This document shows positions 50,686-64,000 of a stretch of DNA of 64,000 nucleotides, one piece after another (within the stretch, counting starts at the first letter, position 1; each line of letters opens with the position of its first letter). Both the position numbers and the translations under genes were made by a program. The stretch is from NCBI RefSeq assembly GCF_963921235.1, contig NC_086108.1, positions 100,566,001 through 100,630,000 on the forward strand. The letters are read 5' to 3'. The DNA is from Mobula hypostoma. Its lineage: Eukaryota. A model generated the notes under the pieces. It was not told where the DNA came from, did no database searches, and saw only the letters and a program-made list of their open reading frames with translations.

Positions 50686-53491
50686 AATAAATTAAAATTT
50701 AACAGAATCTTCTACTTGTTACACATGCAACTGGAATCGTTTAACAATCTGACTTTACATTAGGCATACATAGGCTACCACCAGGGCTACAGATTGCCTT
50801 GGCCTCCACTGAATTTTCAGGCAATAAGCTGCAAATGCCTCATCCATCTGAAAGCACACATCTGAATATTTCTTAATGAGTGTTCATCAGAATGAGGAAA
50901 GGTTAGAAATTGCAAAGATTTAAATTATACAGAAGAAAATGTACATGATGGTGCAGAAATTGAAAGAAAATTGTATCAGTCGGGAGAGTAGGGATGAAGG
51001 CAATCTGCTTGCAGGTAAAGAGAATGGACAGAGAATAAAAGAGAAAAGTAAACAAAGCTTGAACTGAGAGATACAAAGTCCAGCAGATGTTGGAAGTCCA
51101 GAATTAAGAGAATATTGGACATTCACATATCAGAAATTACCAGTGGAAACTAAAAAAAAACTGAGTTAACATTACAGGTCTATCATTTTATATTAGAATT
51201 AGCCAGGTCTAATTTAGAAGCAGGCATTACAGGGAACCTTCAGCAAGTCCATCACACTCACGAAAAGGGGTCAGGCTTGGTGGTTCAGGTCACTGTCTTT
51301 GCGTGAAGGAGTGGGGATAGTGGTGCCTGCTATTAAGAAGGTATTGGCTTTGTTCATCTCTGTGAATGCTTCCTGACCTCTATATTTGACAACTACGGTA
51401 TATTTGAGAGTAAAAATGCAAGACAGTTACATAACCACAGCAATGTAAAATTCTGAAACCAAAGTTATTACTCTTGGATTTCCTTCTTGATTAATTCAAA
51501 GATGCAGCATAGTTTAAATAAGCTGGCACATTTACACTTGATTCTTCAAATCTATTTTAAACCGGTATTGCAAGGATGCAAAGCCACATTTTAAATTAAT
51601 TCACACACATGATTAATTTCAGATTTGGTAGCACCATTTTAAATTACAAAGTACTATTTTAGAGAATGTAGATATAGATACTGGGATTTCTTTATTAAGT
51701 AATTGGTTTCAATTAATTAGAGTTTCATGGCCTTGACACAAGAGTATTTCAAATGAACATCTCCAAGCCTTCAATTTTAAGTAAAACAAATTAGTTAATC
51801 ATCAAGCCAACCCATATTTTTATTGTGATTTCTGAACACTGAATAATATATGGCTTAATAATCATGATGAAATACAGGATTAAAAGCATCAATTTAATTT
51901 AGAAGGTTGGTGAGATTTTAAGCAAATGCAATATGGAGCTTCACTAAACATCTGTGCTTCTAAGGTGGCGACAATTTTTTTTAGCCCTAATTACTTAGGT
52001 TCCAAATCCTGAATTGCTGATGCCATGAATTTGAATCCTGCCTATGCCAATCTAGCAAGCTTAAAATTAGAAACATTTCTCAGAGGAGAATAAAAGCAGT
52101 CTATGTTCTCCTAGTTTCTAGTTCTCCATATTTTGTAACTGGATAATTTCAATGCTATTTATGTAGTCAGTAGCAATCAAGGGATGTGGGCACCACTTGC
52201 CAAGCTGGCATTTAATCACCCATCTCTAGTTGCAATCAAGGTGGTAGTGAGCTGCCTTCTTGAACCACACCAGATCTTGAGGTGTGGGTTTGCAGTTAGG
52301 GTGAGTTCCAGGATTATGACCCAGCAATGAACAATGATACATTTCCAAATCCGGACAGTGTGTGGCTTAGAAAGCAATTTCCAGGTGGTGATGCTCCCAG
52401 GTTTTTACTGCCCTTGTCCTTCTAGCAGCTAAGCATACTGGGCTCGGAAGGTGCTGTCTGAAGAGTCTCCGTGAGATGCTGCAGTGCATCCTGTATAAAG
52501 GTAGAAACTCTGAGCAGTGCTGTGGAGTGACTTGATTGTAGTGGTTGGGGATCCTATCAAGCACACTGCAATCCCTGTATGGTATCAAGATTCCTAAGCG
52601 CTGCTGAAGCTGCGCTCATCTAGGCAAGAAGAGTATTCTATCACAATCCTGAATAAAGCCTTGTAGATAGTGGACATGATGGTGCAGAAATTGAAAGAAA
52701 ATTGTATCAGTTGAGAGATAGCTCTGAATTTACAACATCTGCCAAATCTCTTGTGTTTCTACTTCAAAACTGTGTAGAAGATGAGAAGTTAAACCATGGC
52801 CAAGGTCCATGTTAGTTCACCCCAATTCCAACAAAAGTTGTAGTCAAAGCAAATTATAGTCAATGATCAATTTCACTGCAGAAGCAAATTTTGGTTAGAT
52901 TATCACCTCTATCATGCTTACTAGACAAAATTTTTCCAATTTTTACCTCTTTGCTCCAGAAATTTCCAATGATTGCCAGCTTTTTTTTTTAAAATATGGT
53001 TGCCCAAAGTCGCAAACCCAGAAAGAGAGTTCATCAAATTCCTTCCTGACTTAATGCTGACCTTGAAAACAATCAACCAAGCAGAATGGTAATTGCACCC
53101 ATATCTTTCCTTATTGTTAAACCACAGCAGTATGTTAAGGTAACTAAAATCTGCATTATTATGGAGTATAGAAATGCATCATACAAGGCATCAGCTTAAC
53201 ACTGTTCAAATGCAGTTTCAAGGACACTGATAATTCCAGTATTAACTATAAATAATAAACAAAATAATAGATTGCTGATATAATAGTGTCACAAATGATG
53301 TAGGTAAATGAAAATGCTGTTTCAGTCAATAAGCAAAATTTCTTACATACTACAATTCACTCAACTGCTATCCATAAATAGAGTCAATGGAGATGTATTT
53401 TAAGGATGTACCTTTTTGTGACATTTCAGATTGGATTTCAAAATTTTAACTACAGATCTGGAGTATGGTACTGCATTTTTATGTTACCATT

Positions 53492-53751
53492 GGCCGGCTG
53501 GTGGCGCAGTGACATCAGCGCCGGACTTCGGAGCGAAGGTTCCTGAATTCGATTCCAAATCGGGCCACCCCCCGAGCACGCGTTCCATCTGTGCTGGGTT
53601 CAGCGTTGAGCTAGCCACTCAGCCTCGTAAAAAAACAAGGGCCGAGTCAGGAACTTTCATATCGTGACCCAGTTAATCTGAAAGGAGACCAATCCTGACA
53701 CTACGCACCAGACAAGAATGGCTGTCTGGTGCGACACGCTAGGAAGGAAGG
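53492..53751 (+). mobile_element. tRNA-derived SINE with a 3' hairpin and (gaag)n tail
   Basis: A box tggcgcagtg, B-box-like ttcgattcc, perfect 10-bp stem gcaccagaca/tgtctggtgc, TSD accatt (53486-53491 and 53752-53757). Confidence 0.8.
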
Positions 53752-54169
53752 ACCATTACATAAGCAGAAACACAACTAATCATGAAAAAGTCTTTTCAGT
53801 ACCCATCCTGATTCTTTGGTTGAATGATTACTTTATTTCTCCACACCTCCAACCAAGTCCCACCAAAACAAAATCTTAAGAAATGACAATGGGTAAAAAT
53901 AGTTTGGTCAAATCACGCATTTCTTTTCCGATGCTTATGTGGGCCTTGTCTGAGAAGCCCAGTAAAGAATATGAATAATCAGGGTCCTGCTTCATTGTCC
54001 AAATGGAATTGTTATCTCAAATTCTATACAATGTCTTAATCACATTGGTGGCACGCTGAACCTTCACTTTGTTAGTCGAGGAGCAAAATCTAATGGCTGA
54101 GTAGTAATAAAATTAAGGATGCTCTGATACAGGAGAGAAAGAAGGTATGGTCTAATTTTAAAACAGGAT

Positions 54170-56795
54170 ACTGAAAACCTGTACCGACTAACTGGCTAGA
54201 GTGTTCAAGGATATCTTGAACCTTTCACAGCTTCAGTTGGAGGTTCCCACTTGTTTCTAAAGGGCATCAATCATACTGGTGCCCAAGAAACACAGGGCAA
54301 GTCGCCTCAATGACTATTGCCCAGTAGCATGCACATCTACTGTGAGGTTGGTGAGAGCTAGGATTAACTCCTGAGCAAGGTCTTGGACTCACTGCAATTT
54401 ATCTACTGCCACAAGTCTACAGCTGATGCAATCTTACCGGTTCTCCACTGGGGTTTCCACCTAGACAATAGCAATACTTATGTTACGCTGCTGTTTATCA
54501 ATTACAACTCAGCATTTAACACCATCATCCACCTCCCCCCCCCCATACGAATCAACAAGCATCAAAACCTCTGCCTCTGGATTCTTGATTTCCACAGTGG
54601 AAGACCACAGAATTCCTCCCTGACAATCAACACAGGTGCATTTCAAGGAATTTTGCTTAGCCCACAGCTCTAGTCTCTCTACACTCATAAATGTGTGCCT
54701 GGACACAGCTCAAACACCAACAATTCTTCAACGATGATGCCACTGCTGTTGGCAAAACCACAGATGGTGAGGAGGAACATGGGAGTGAACAGATTAGTGG
54801 GTCAAGTGGTGTCACGACAACAGCCTTGCACTCAAATTCAGGAAGACCAAGAAACTGATTTTAGATTTCAAGAAGGGGAAATTGGGAGAACATACACCAA
54901 TCCTTATTGAGGGGTCAGCAGTGGAAAGGGTGGACAATTTAAAATTCAGGGCAACAACATCTCAGAGGGTCTCTCCTGGGCCTAGCAAAATGATGCAATC
55001 ATGACATGGCAAGTCAAAGGGAATACTTCATTAGGAGTTTGAGGAGATTTGATAGATCACCAAAGACACGAGAAAGTTTCTGCAGAAATACCATGGCATT
55101 CTCTCTGGCTGCAGCACCATCTAGTATGGAGGCACCAATACATGATGCAAGAGGCATCAGAGGGCCGTAGACTTCTCCAGTGTTTGATCTGTGGAATGAC
55201 AAGTTGGATTGCATGTGTTTGTCTGTAGACTACTGGGCACTGCACCATCAATTTGTGAGGCATATCACTCAGGGACTTGGCCTATACCTATATATATTTT
55301 TTGCATGACTGTATGTTTTCTTGTTATCTTGAATGTGCTGTGCGTGCCTTGTGCTGTGCCGTGCAATGTATGTTTTTCATCATGGCCCCGGAGAAGCACT
55401 GTTTCATTCAGCAGTATTTATGCATGGTTGATTGATAATTAAAATTAACTTGAACTCAGACAGTTCCATCATAGACATAAGCGGCTCCACCATTGGGGAC
55501 ATCTTCCAAAAGCAGTGCCTCAAGAAATTGGCACCTTTCATTAAGGACCCTCCCCATCTGAGCCATGCCACCTTCTCATTACTACCATCAGGGAGGAGGT
55601 TCAGGAAACTGAAGACCCACACTGTTTTAGGAACAGCTTCTTCTCCTCTGCTATCAGATTTCTGAACAAAGATTCAAAGTACATTATCAAAGAATGTACA
55701 AATTAAACAACCTTGAAATTTGTTTGCTCACAGGTAGCCACAAAGCGAGAAACCCAACATAACTCAGTTAAAGATAAATAAGAATAAAAATAAAAGATCA
55801 ATACCCGATACACAAGATAAAGGAAAAAAAATCTTGCAAACAACATTCCTAACCAGAACTAAGTCCTCTGAGTCTACTCCGGAATGTTCCACAGTTCAGA
55901 TCTAAGCCTCAATTATCAGATCATCATATTAGTGGGCACGGAGCACAGCAGCTGGGGGTAGTCTTCATAGCCTCAGCGCCATGGAGAGAGGAGTGATCAT
56001 CGCGGAGAACAAGCAAAATCCAGTCTTACCCAGGATCCTGACATCCAGACTTTTCAGTCTACCTGGGCCAGCTGTTAAATTGACCAAACAACGGAACAGT
56101 GAAAGGCTCCAGCGCCCTGCAGAGAGGAGTGAACATCGCGGAGAGAGCACAAAATCAGCTCTCACCTCTGATCTGGGTTAGCGTTTAAATTGTCTAAACA
56201 GTGGATCATACCTCGTACTAGGACCCAGATTTCGCCACCTATCCCGAAACCATTCTCAAGCACTTCAGATCAGCACAGTGGCCAGAGCAATCCAACCTCA
56301 AACCCAGGCCAGTTGTATAGGCATCAAAATCTCCTCTGCCTGGGCCACGACTTCTGTAGGCACCCAGAGTGATCCAAATTCATACCCAGACCAGTTGTAT
56401 GGGCAGTGGAACTCCATCTGCAATGATTCTGCAACACACTATTTGGCTCACCACCCCCTCACCCCCCAAATTTCCCTTGCCGTTGCATGCCCCTTCACTG
56501 TTTTGTGGCAACAATTTAACACAGTTTACCACAGAAAAGATATTTTTAGTGATTTTTTTTAGTCGGATTTGTTAACTTTTTAACTACCAGAGAGCTGTTG
56601 CACGTGTTCAGTAGCACTATCTTAACCAGAAGTTTAAACAGTTAAACAGTCGATGAACCCATGAACACTACCTCACTATCACTCTTTTGCAATATTTAAT
56701 TCATTATAACTTATTGTAATTTGTTAAGCCTACACTGTACTGTTGCCATAAAGTGAATTTCTCAATTTGTCAGTGACGACAAACCTGATTCTGAA
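54170..56795 (+). mobile_element. Fragmented Rex1/Babar-like LINE with nested pieces
   Basis: LLFINYNSAFNTI, WILDF...GRPQ, LLPSGRRFRKLK; tail aaacctgattctga near 56790. Confidence 0.7.
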
Positions 56796-57269
56796 AATCA
56801 CATTTCAGTAATATTCAAAGCTACCTCTTGTTTCAGTTTTGTGTATGAACAAAGTATTCCAATTTCCCAGTAATTAACCAGGAACTTAATCTAGGAGTCT
56901 CCATCCAGTCAAGATGGTGACGAGCACAACTGGAAACCGAGCACTGTAAATTTTATGCCAGCTAACTGAAGAATGTATGCAGTGATTTTTTTATCCATTG
57001 TCCCTTTTGGTGCATGCAGATTTTTTCCTCTCCCCAACAGAGAGGCTTAACCTTTCTGGTCTTCGATTAACAAATCAAAGTCCATTAAGGTTAGGAACTG
57101 CCAAGTATTTTCAGTTATTACTGAAGATAACATAGCAAGCCTCCTAATCTTTGTTCAATACAAGACATTCTCTCTCTTATTTCATTAATTTACTGGATTA
57201 TTAGCCTAGAGTAGTGAAAATGCCTCCAGATTTTTTGAGAACTCGAATGTAAAGTCGATCTCTGCCTTT

Positions 57270-58425
57270 AATATCATCATTCCAAATAAACTGATTCCTA
57301 AGCTCCAGAACCTGGGCCTTAGCACTCAGATCTGCAGCTGGATCTTCAACTTCCTCACAGACAGGACCCAGGCTGTAAAAATAGGGGACAAGCTCTCCTC
57401 TACAATCACTCTGAGCACCGGTGCCCCACAAGGCTGTGTACTTAGCCCCCTGCTGTACTCACTGTACACCCATGATTGTGTAGCCAAGTTTCCATCAAAC
57501 TCAATATATAAGTTTGCTGATGACACCACAATTGTAGGCCGTATCTCGGGTAATGATGAGTTTGAGTACAGAGAGGAAATTAAGAACCTGGTGGCATGGT
57601 GCGAAGACAATAACCTATCCCTCAACGTCAGCAAGACGAAGGAATTGGCTGTTGACTTCAGAAGGAGTAGCGGACCGCAGGACCCAATTTACATCGGTGG
57701 TGTGCAAGTGGACCAGGAACAGGTCAAAAGCTTTAAGTTCCTCAGGGACAATATCACAAATGACCTGACTTGGTCCAACCAAGCACAGTCCATTGCCAAG
57801 AAGGCCCACCAGTACCTTTACTTCCTGAGAAAACTAAAGAAATTTGGCCTGTCCCCTAAAACCCTCACTAATTTTTATAGATGCACCGTAGAAAGCATTC
57901 TTCTAGGGTGCATCACAACCTGGTATGGAAATTGTCCTGTCCAAGACTGAAAAAAGCTGCAGGAGATTGTGAACATGGCGCAGCACATCACACAAACCAA
58001 TCTTCCGTCTTTGGACTCACTTTACACCGCACGCTGTCGGAGCAGTGCTGCCAGGATAATCAAGGACATGACCCACCCAGCCAACACACTTTTCGTCCCT
58101 CTTCCCTCTGGGAGAAGGCTCAGGAGCTTGAAGACTCGTACGGCCAGATTTGGGAACAGCTTCTTTCCAACTGTGATAAGACTGCTAAACGGATCCGGAC
58201 CCGGATCTGGGCCATACCCTCCAAATATCCGGACCTGCCTCTCAGTTTTTTTTTTGCACTACTTTACTTCCCATTTTCTATTTTTTATTAATGATTTATA
58301 ATTTAAATTTTTAATATTTACTATCGATTTGTAATCCAGGGAGTGGGAAGCGCAGAATCAAATATCACTGTGATGATTGTACATTCTAGTATCAATTGTT
58401 TGGCGACAATGAAGTATAAAGTATA
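57270..58425 (+). mobile_element. Younger Rex1/Babar-like LINE 3' portion
   Basis: [62 protein letters not shown]; (aagtata)n tail. Confidence 0.9.
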
Positions 58426-59389
58426 ATTAGTGCTCTTATTATTTGGTGATAAAAGGAGCGTGGCCTAAGTGTGTATGTACTGACTTTCTAAAGCAAGTTT
58501 TATAAAGTACTTTTGTGCCTCAGTAATTCTCAGAAATGGTAAAGGAATAAATGAAAAGCTAATCTGCAATAAAGTGCAATAGGACAATGTAATGGATATT
58601 TATGTAGTATAAACTGAGAATATGTTGTTGATGCCTTCGTTAGATTCTCATATCTACCTTTACCTCATCAGCTTGCAGTTAAAGGAGAAACCATCAAGCC
58701 CTAATGCACACCTGACCCATGAGTTTTTGAATTAGAATGTTAGTTTCATTCTAAATTTAGATTTTACAAAAAAGCAAAGCTGGGGCACTCTCTTAATTTC
58801 AAATCAAAATGGTTATGATAACAACTCAAACTAATACTCCGAAACACAACATTCCATTATTTTAAAAGAATTAGTTGGAAGTATGCCGTGGTTGTACATC
58901 CCCATGTAATGATTTGAGTTGCAAACAAATATGCATTAGTGTTATGGGTGTTTCATGAAATGACTCCCTGGAGCTATTTGAAAATTCTTAACTTCTGGAC
59001 ATATAGAGGGATTAAATATATAAATTAGTTTTCAACAGGCATACAAGAATAAAAGTAGTACAAACAATCTGCTGCAGCAACTGAGTATATCGAGCAACAT
59101 TTGTAGAGGAAAAAGGAATTGTCAATGTATTGGGTTGAAACAAATCAGTCGGCAATTACACTCGCCTCGCTGAGTTCCTCCAGCGGGTTGTTGCTTCAGA
59201 TTCCAGCCTCTGCAGGCATTTGTATTTTCAAGCACGTAAGCAGGTAATTAGGTAATTTAGCCTCTTGAATTGTTTCAATTACATCATGGCTTATCTAAGC
59301 CTGAACTTCACTTTAGCGCCTATCAAGGTTTACCATGCATATGCTTATCAACTTCGGTTTGAAAACTTTCAATTGATTTGACATCCAGA

Positions 59390-60135
59390 AGTTAATGGGA
59401 GAACCATATTCCACCACTTTGGGTAAAAAAAAGCACTGATAGTCCAAATAGCCCATTCCCATTCCAACATTTTGGTCTACCACCTCCTCTTCTGACACAA
59501 TGAGTCCATTCTCAGATTCAGGATTCAAGGTATATATATTCAAAGTATGTATGCCATATACAACACTGAAGTTCGTCTTTCCCAACAGACAGTCATGAAA
59601 CAAAGAAGAACCAGGGAAACAACTCATTCAAAAATTAAACACCAAACTGTGAGGAACAACAGCTCATATTCCATCGAGGTTACCTCTCATCTGATGGCCT
59701 GAACATCTGTTTCTCCAATTTTTGGTAATTTTTCTCCACCTCCCCTCTTCAATTCCCCAATCGGGCATCTTGCTTCTTCTCCTCATCTGCTTATCACCTC
59801 CATCTGGTGCCTCCCCTCCTTCCCTTCATCCCATGGTCCACTCTTCTCTCTTATCAGATTCCTTCTTTTCCAGCCATTTACATTTTCCACCCATCACTTC
59901 TAAGCTTCTTACTTTATCCCCCCCCCCACACACCTGACCACCTATCACCTAGTTTGTATTCCTTCCCCTCCCCCCACATTCTTCACTTTCTTAATTCTGG
60001 CATCTTCACCCTTCATTTCCAATCCTGATACAGGGTCTTGGTCTGAGTCATCATCTGTTTATTCCTTTCCACAGATGCTGCCTGACCAGCTGAGTTTTTC
60101 CACGATTTTGAGAGTGTTACTTTGGATTTCCAGCA
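59390..60135 (+). mobile_element. Degraded Penelope-like 3' fragment
   Basis: cccattcccattcc, ctgatggcctgaacatc, pyrimidine-rich UTR and gatgctgcctgaccagctgag tail. Confidence 0.65.
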
Positions 60136-60430
60136 TTGAATCTCTTATGTTTAAGAAAAGTCCAAAGTACTAGATACTTAACAGTACTGTGCAAAAATCT
60201 CAGGCAAATATACATAGTTAGGGCGAGCAATATTTGAGCAATACTGCAATTTGAGCAATATTTGAGCAAAACATTTGAGCAATACTGGAGAAATTTTATA
60301 TATTGTACTGTCACAAAAAAATCTAATTTCATGTGATGTGAGTGATGATAAACCCGATTCTGATATGGGTCTCTACTGTGGACTAAGGGTGCGAAGGGGA
60401 CAGGGAGAGGAAAATCATGGTTGGGGAAAA

Positions 60431-60580
60431 GGGGAAGAGAGAGGGGAGGGGGGAAGAGAGAGGGGAGGGGGGAAGAGAGAGGGGAGGGGGGAAGAGAGAG
60501 GGGAGGGGGAAGAGAGAGGGGAGGGGGGAAGAGAGAGGGGAGGGGGGAAGAGAGAGGGGAGGGGGGAAGAGAGAGGGGAA
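60431..60580 (+). repeat. Polypurine minisatellite, ~19-bp unit GGGAAGAGAGAGGGGAGGG, about 8 copies
   Basis: Directly visible pure-purine tandem repeat. Confidence 0.92.
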
Positions 60581-60756
60581 GGAGCAGGAGACACCACAGA
60601 GACATTCTGTAATGATCAATAAAGGAATCAAATAACCTTGATGTTTCAGCACTAGGTCTGTCTGCACCAGCACCAAGCCCTCCCACCTTGCTCCCCCTTG
60701 CCATTCTCAATATCCTTTGCTTACGAATTTTCTCTCCGCTTCACATTAACAAACAG

Positions 60757-60821
60757 AGTACTGTACAAAAGCCTTAGGCACCCTAGCTATATATGTGTGC
60801 CTAAGACTTTTCCATTGTACT
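60757..60821. mobile_element. ~65-bp Tc1-like MITE (related copy ~60182-60246)
   Basis: Inverted arms agtactgtacaaaagccttaggcac / gtgcctaagacttttccattgtact. Confidence 0.6.
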
Positions 60822-60944
60822 TAATATTTTTTCTCAAATAATGTGTTGGTAGATTGTGCTGACCCTGCATGACTTCAGAAAAGGATCAGGTGGTTTCTAC
60901 AAATGGCAAACAAATTTAATCATTCACTCAAGTAAAAAAACTGC

Positions 60945-63900
60945 ATTCAGCCCATCAAGTCTGCTCCACCATTCAATCATGGGCTGATCCAATTCTTCCA
61001 GTCATTCCCACTCCCCTGCCTTCTCCCCATACCCTTTGATGCCCTGGCTAATCAAGAACCCATCTCTACCTTAAATGCATCCAACGACTTGGCCTCCACA
61101 GCCGCCTGTAGCAACAAATTCCACAGATTTACCACCCTCTGACTAAAGTAATTTCTCTGCATCTCTGTTCTAAATGGACATCCTTCAATCCTGAAGTCGT
61201 GCTATCTTGTCCTAGACTCCCCTACCATGGAAAATAACTTTGCCATATCTAATCTGTTCAAGCCTTTTAACAATTGGAATGTTTCTATAAGATTCCCGCT
61301 CATTCTCCTGAACTCCAGGGAATACAGTCCAAGAGCTGCCAAAGGTTCCTCATATGGTAACCCTTTAATTCCTGGAATCATTCTTGTGAATCTTCTCTGA
61401 ACCCTCTCCAACGTCAGTATGTCCTTTCGAAAATAAGGACCCCAACATTGCACACAATACTCCAAGTGTGGTCTCACGAATGCCTTATAGAGCCTTAACA
61501 TCACATCCCTGCTCTTATATTCTATACCTCTAGAAATGAGTGTCAACATTGCATTCGCCTTCTTCACCAACAACTCAACCTGGAGGTTAACCTTTAAGAT
61601 ATCCTGCACAAGGACTCCCAAGTCCCTTTGCATCTCTGCATTTTGAATTCTCTCCCCATCCAAATAATAGTCTGCTCATTTATTTCTTACACCAAAGTGC
61701 ATGGCCATACACTTTCCAACATTGTATTTCATTTGCCACCTCTTTGCCCATTCTCCTAAACTATCTAAGTTTCTCTACAGGCTCTGTTTCCTCAATAGTA
61801 ACCACTCCTCCACCTACCTTTGTATCATCGGCAAATTTAGCCACATGTCCATTAATCCTATAGTCCAAATCATTGACATACATTGTAAAAAGCAGCGATC
61901 CCAACACCCACCCCTGTGGAACTCCACTGATAACCAGCAGCCAGCCAGAATAGGATCCCTTTATTCCCACTCTGTTTTCTGCTGATCAGCCAATACTCCA
62001 CCCATGCTAGTAACTCCCTTGTAATTCCATGGGATCTTATCTTGCTAAGCACCTTGTCAAAGGCCTTCTGAAAATCTAAGTACACCACATCTACCGCATC
62101 TCCTTTCTCTACCCAGCTTGTAATTTCCTCAAAAAATTGGTTCGTCAGGCAGGATTTTCCTTTCAGAAAACGATGCTGGCTTTGGCCTATCTTGTCATGT
62201 GCCTCCAGGTACTCCGTAATCTCATCCCTAACAATCGATTCCAACAACTTCCCAACCGCTGATGTCAGGCTAGCAGGTCTATAGTTTCCCTTCTGCTGCC
62301 TCCCACATTTCTTAAATCGCGGAGTAACATTTGCAATTTTCCAGTCATCAGGTACAATGCCAGAATCTATCGATACTTGAAAGGTCATTGTTAATGCCTC
62401 TGTAATCTCTCCAGCTATTTCCTTCAGAACAGGAGGGTGCATTCCATCTGGTCCAGGAGATTTATCCACCCTCAGACCATTAAGTTTCATGAGCACCTTC
62501 TCAGTCATAATTTTCACTGCACATACTTCACTTTCCTGACACTCTTGAATGTTCAGTATAAGGAAGATGTCTTCTACTGTGAAGACTGATGAAAAATATG
62601 CACTCAGTTACTATGCCATCTCTGCATCTTTCATTACAATATCTCAAGCATCATTTTCTATTGGTCCTATATCTACCCTCAACTCTTTTACCTTTTTATA
62701 CTTAAAACCTTTTAGTATCTTCTTTGATATTAATCACCAGCTTCCCTTTCATAATGCATCTTTTCCTTTTAATGACTTTCTTAGTTTCTTTCTGCAAGTT
62801 CTTAAAAGCTTCCCGATCCTCTATCTTCCCACTAGCTTTGACTTCCCTGTATGCCCTCTCTTTTGCTTTTACTTTGACTGTAACTTCACTTGTCAGCCAC
62901 AGTGGTGGCCTTCTTCCATTTGAAAGTTTCTTACTTGGAATACATCTGTCTTGCAGTTCCCTCATTTTTCGCAGAAACTCCAGCCATTGCTGCTCTGCTG
63001 TCCTTGCTGCTTATGTCCCTTTCCAGTCAACTTTGGCCAGTTCCCCTCTCATGCCATTGTAATTTCCCATATTCCACTGAAATATCAACACAATTGAACT
63101 TACTTTCTCCTTCACAAGTTTCAAAGTGAACTCGATCACATTGTGATCACTGTTCCCCAAGAGTTCCTTAACCTTAAGCTCTCTCAACATCTCTGGATCA
63201 CTGCACAACACCCAATCCAGCACAGCGGATCCCCTAGTGGGCCCAACAACAAGCTGTTTTAAAAAGCCATCCCTTGGACATCCTATAAATTCTCTCTCTT
63301 GAAATCCAGTACTGGTCTGGTTTTCCCCAATCCACTTTTATATTAAAATCCCCAATGATTATCACGACATTGCCCTTCTGACACGCCTTTTCCATCTCCT
63401 GCTGTAATTTGTAATCCACATCCCAGCTGCTGTTTGGAGGCCTGTATACAACTGCCATTAGGGTAATTTTACCCTTGCCATTTCTTAACTCAACCCATAG
63501 AGACTCTACACCTTCCGATCCTATGTCATCCCTTTCTAATGATTTAGTATTATTTCTTATACACAGGGCCGTACCACTCCCTCTGCCTATTGACCCATCT
63601 TTCTGCTACACCTTGGACATTCAGCTCCCAATAGCAGCCATCCTTCAGCTAAGTTTCAGAGATGGCCAACATGTCATACTTGCCAATCTGTAACTGAATT
63701 TCAAGATCGTTCCATTTTATTTCTTATGCTGCGTGCATTCAAAAACAAAACTTCCAGTCCAGTATATGTTGCTTTCTGTTTTAACTGCACTATGCCTCTA
63801 TTGCCCTGTTGTAATCCATCCCACTGGCTGCAATTATGCCTCATCTCCTGCCTGTCCTTTCTATCATCTCTGTTGCATGCTATCTTTGATTTATCTGTTT

Positions 63901-64000
63901 TCCCCTTCCTCAGCCCTATCACTCTGGTTCCCATACCCCTGCCAAATTAGCTTAAACCCTCCCTAACAGCTCTATTAAACCTGCCTGCTGGGATAGTGGA
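60945..64000 (-). mobile_element. Long CR1 LINE (ORF2 endonuclease and RT, frameshifted), runs off the window
   Basis: LFLNARSIRNK, VVYRPPNS...IIGDFN, LGNSDHN, KSPGPDGMHP, VYLDFQKAFDKV, KFADDTKVGG, VRPHLEYC, plus 3' UTR. Confidence 0.95.

Noticed and set aside
60117..60710. 197-aa Pro/Leu/Ser-rich ORF and overlapping Gly/Glu/Arg ORFs
   Set aside because: Artefacts of translating the purine minisatellite.
48873..64000. HS2ST1 exon 1 or a promoter CpG island
   Set aside because: No MGLLRIMMPPK-like or transmembrane-coding exon and no CpG island were seen; they must lie beyond the window.

Overview
Eukaryotic vertebrate DNA, most likely a cartilaginous fish (ray/skate-type repeats: V-SINE/HE1-like SINEs, CR1, Rex1/Babar, Neptune-type Penelope-like elements). 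The only host gene is HS2ST1 (heparan sulfate 2-O-sulfotransferase 1) on the minus strand. Coding exons 2-7 are present with canonical GT-AG boundaries and a continuous frame; exon 1 lies beyond the right edge, and a ~2.8 kb 3' UTR is likely. The rest is mostly decayed or nested mobile DNA: Tc1, hAT/Charlie, Tigger, a Gmr1-like Ty3/gypsy element with SCAN-like gag, solo LTRs, CR1, RTE, Rex1/Babar, SINEs and many Penelope-like pieces. Most interesting observations: (1) minimal hammerhead ribozyme motifs in the Penelope tails, including tiny ribozyme-plus-tail insertions and a TSD-flanked fold-back element; (2) a candidate in-frame 45-nt cassette exon in HS2ST1 intron 3; (3) an array of 11-bp palindromes in a Gmr1-like LTR; (4) a MER121-like ancient element beside a CTCF-type motif; (5) reciprocally nested DNA-transposon ends; (6) a duplicated double-hairpin intronic segment. 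Repeat boundaries are approximate unless a TSD or TIR is quoted, and family names come from recalled motifs, not database searches.
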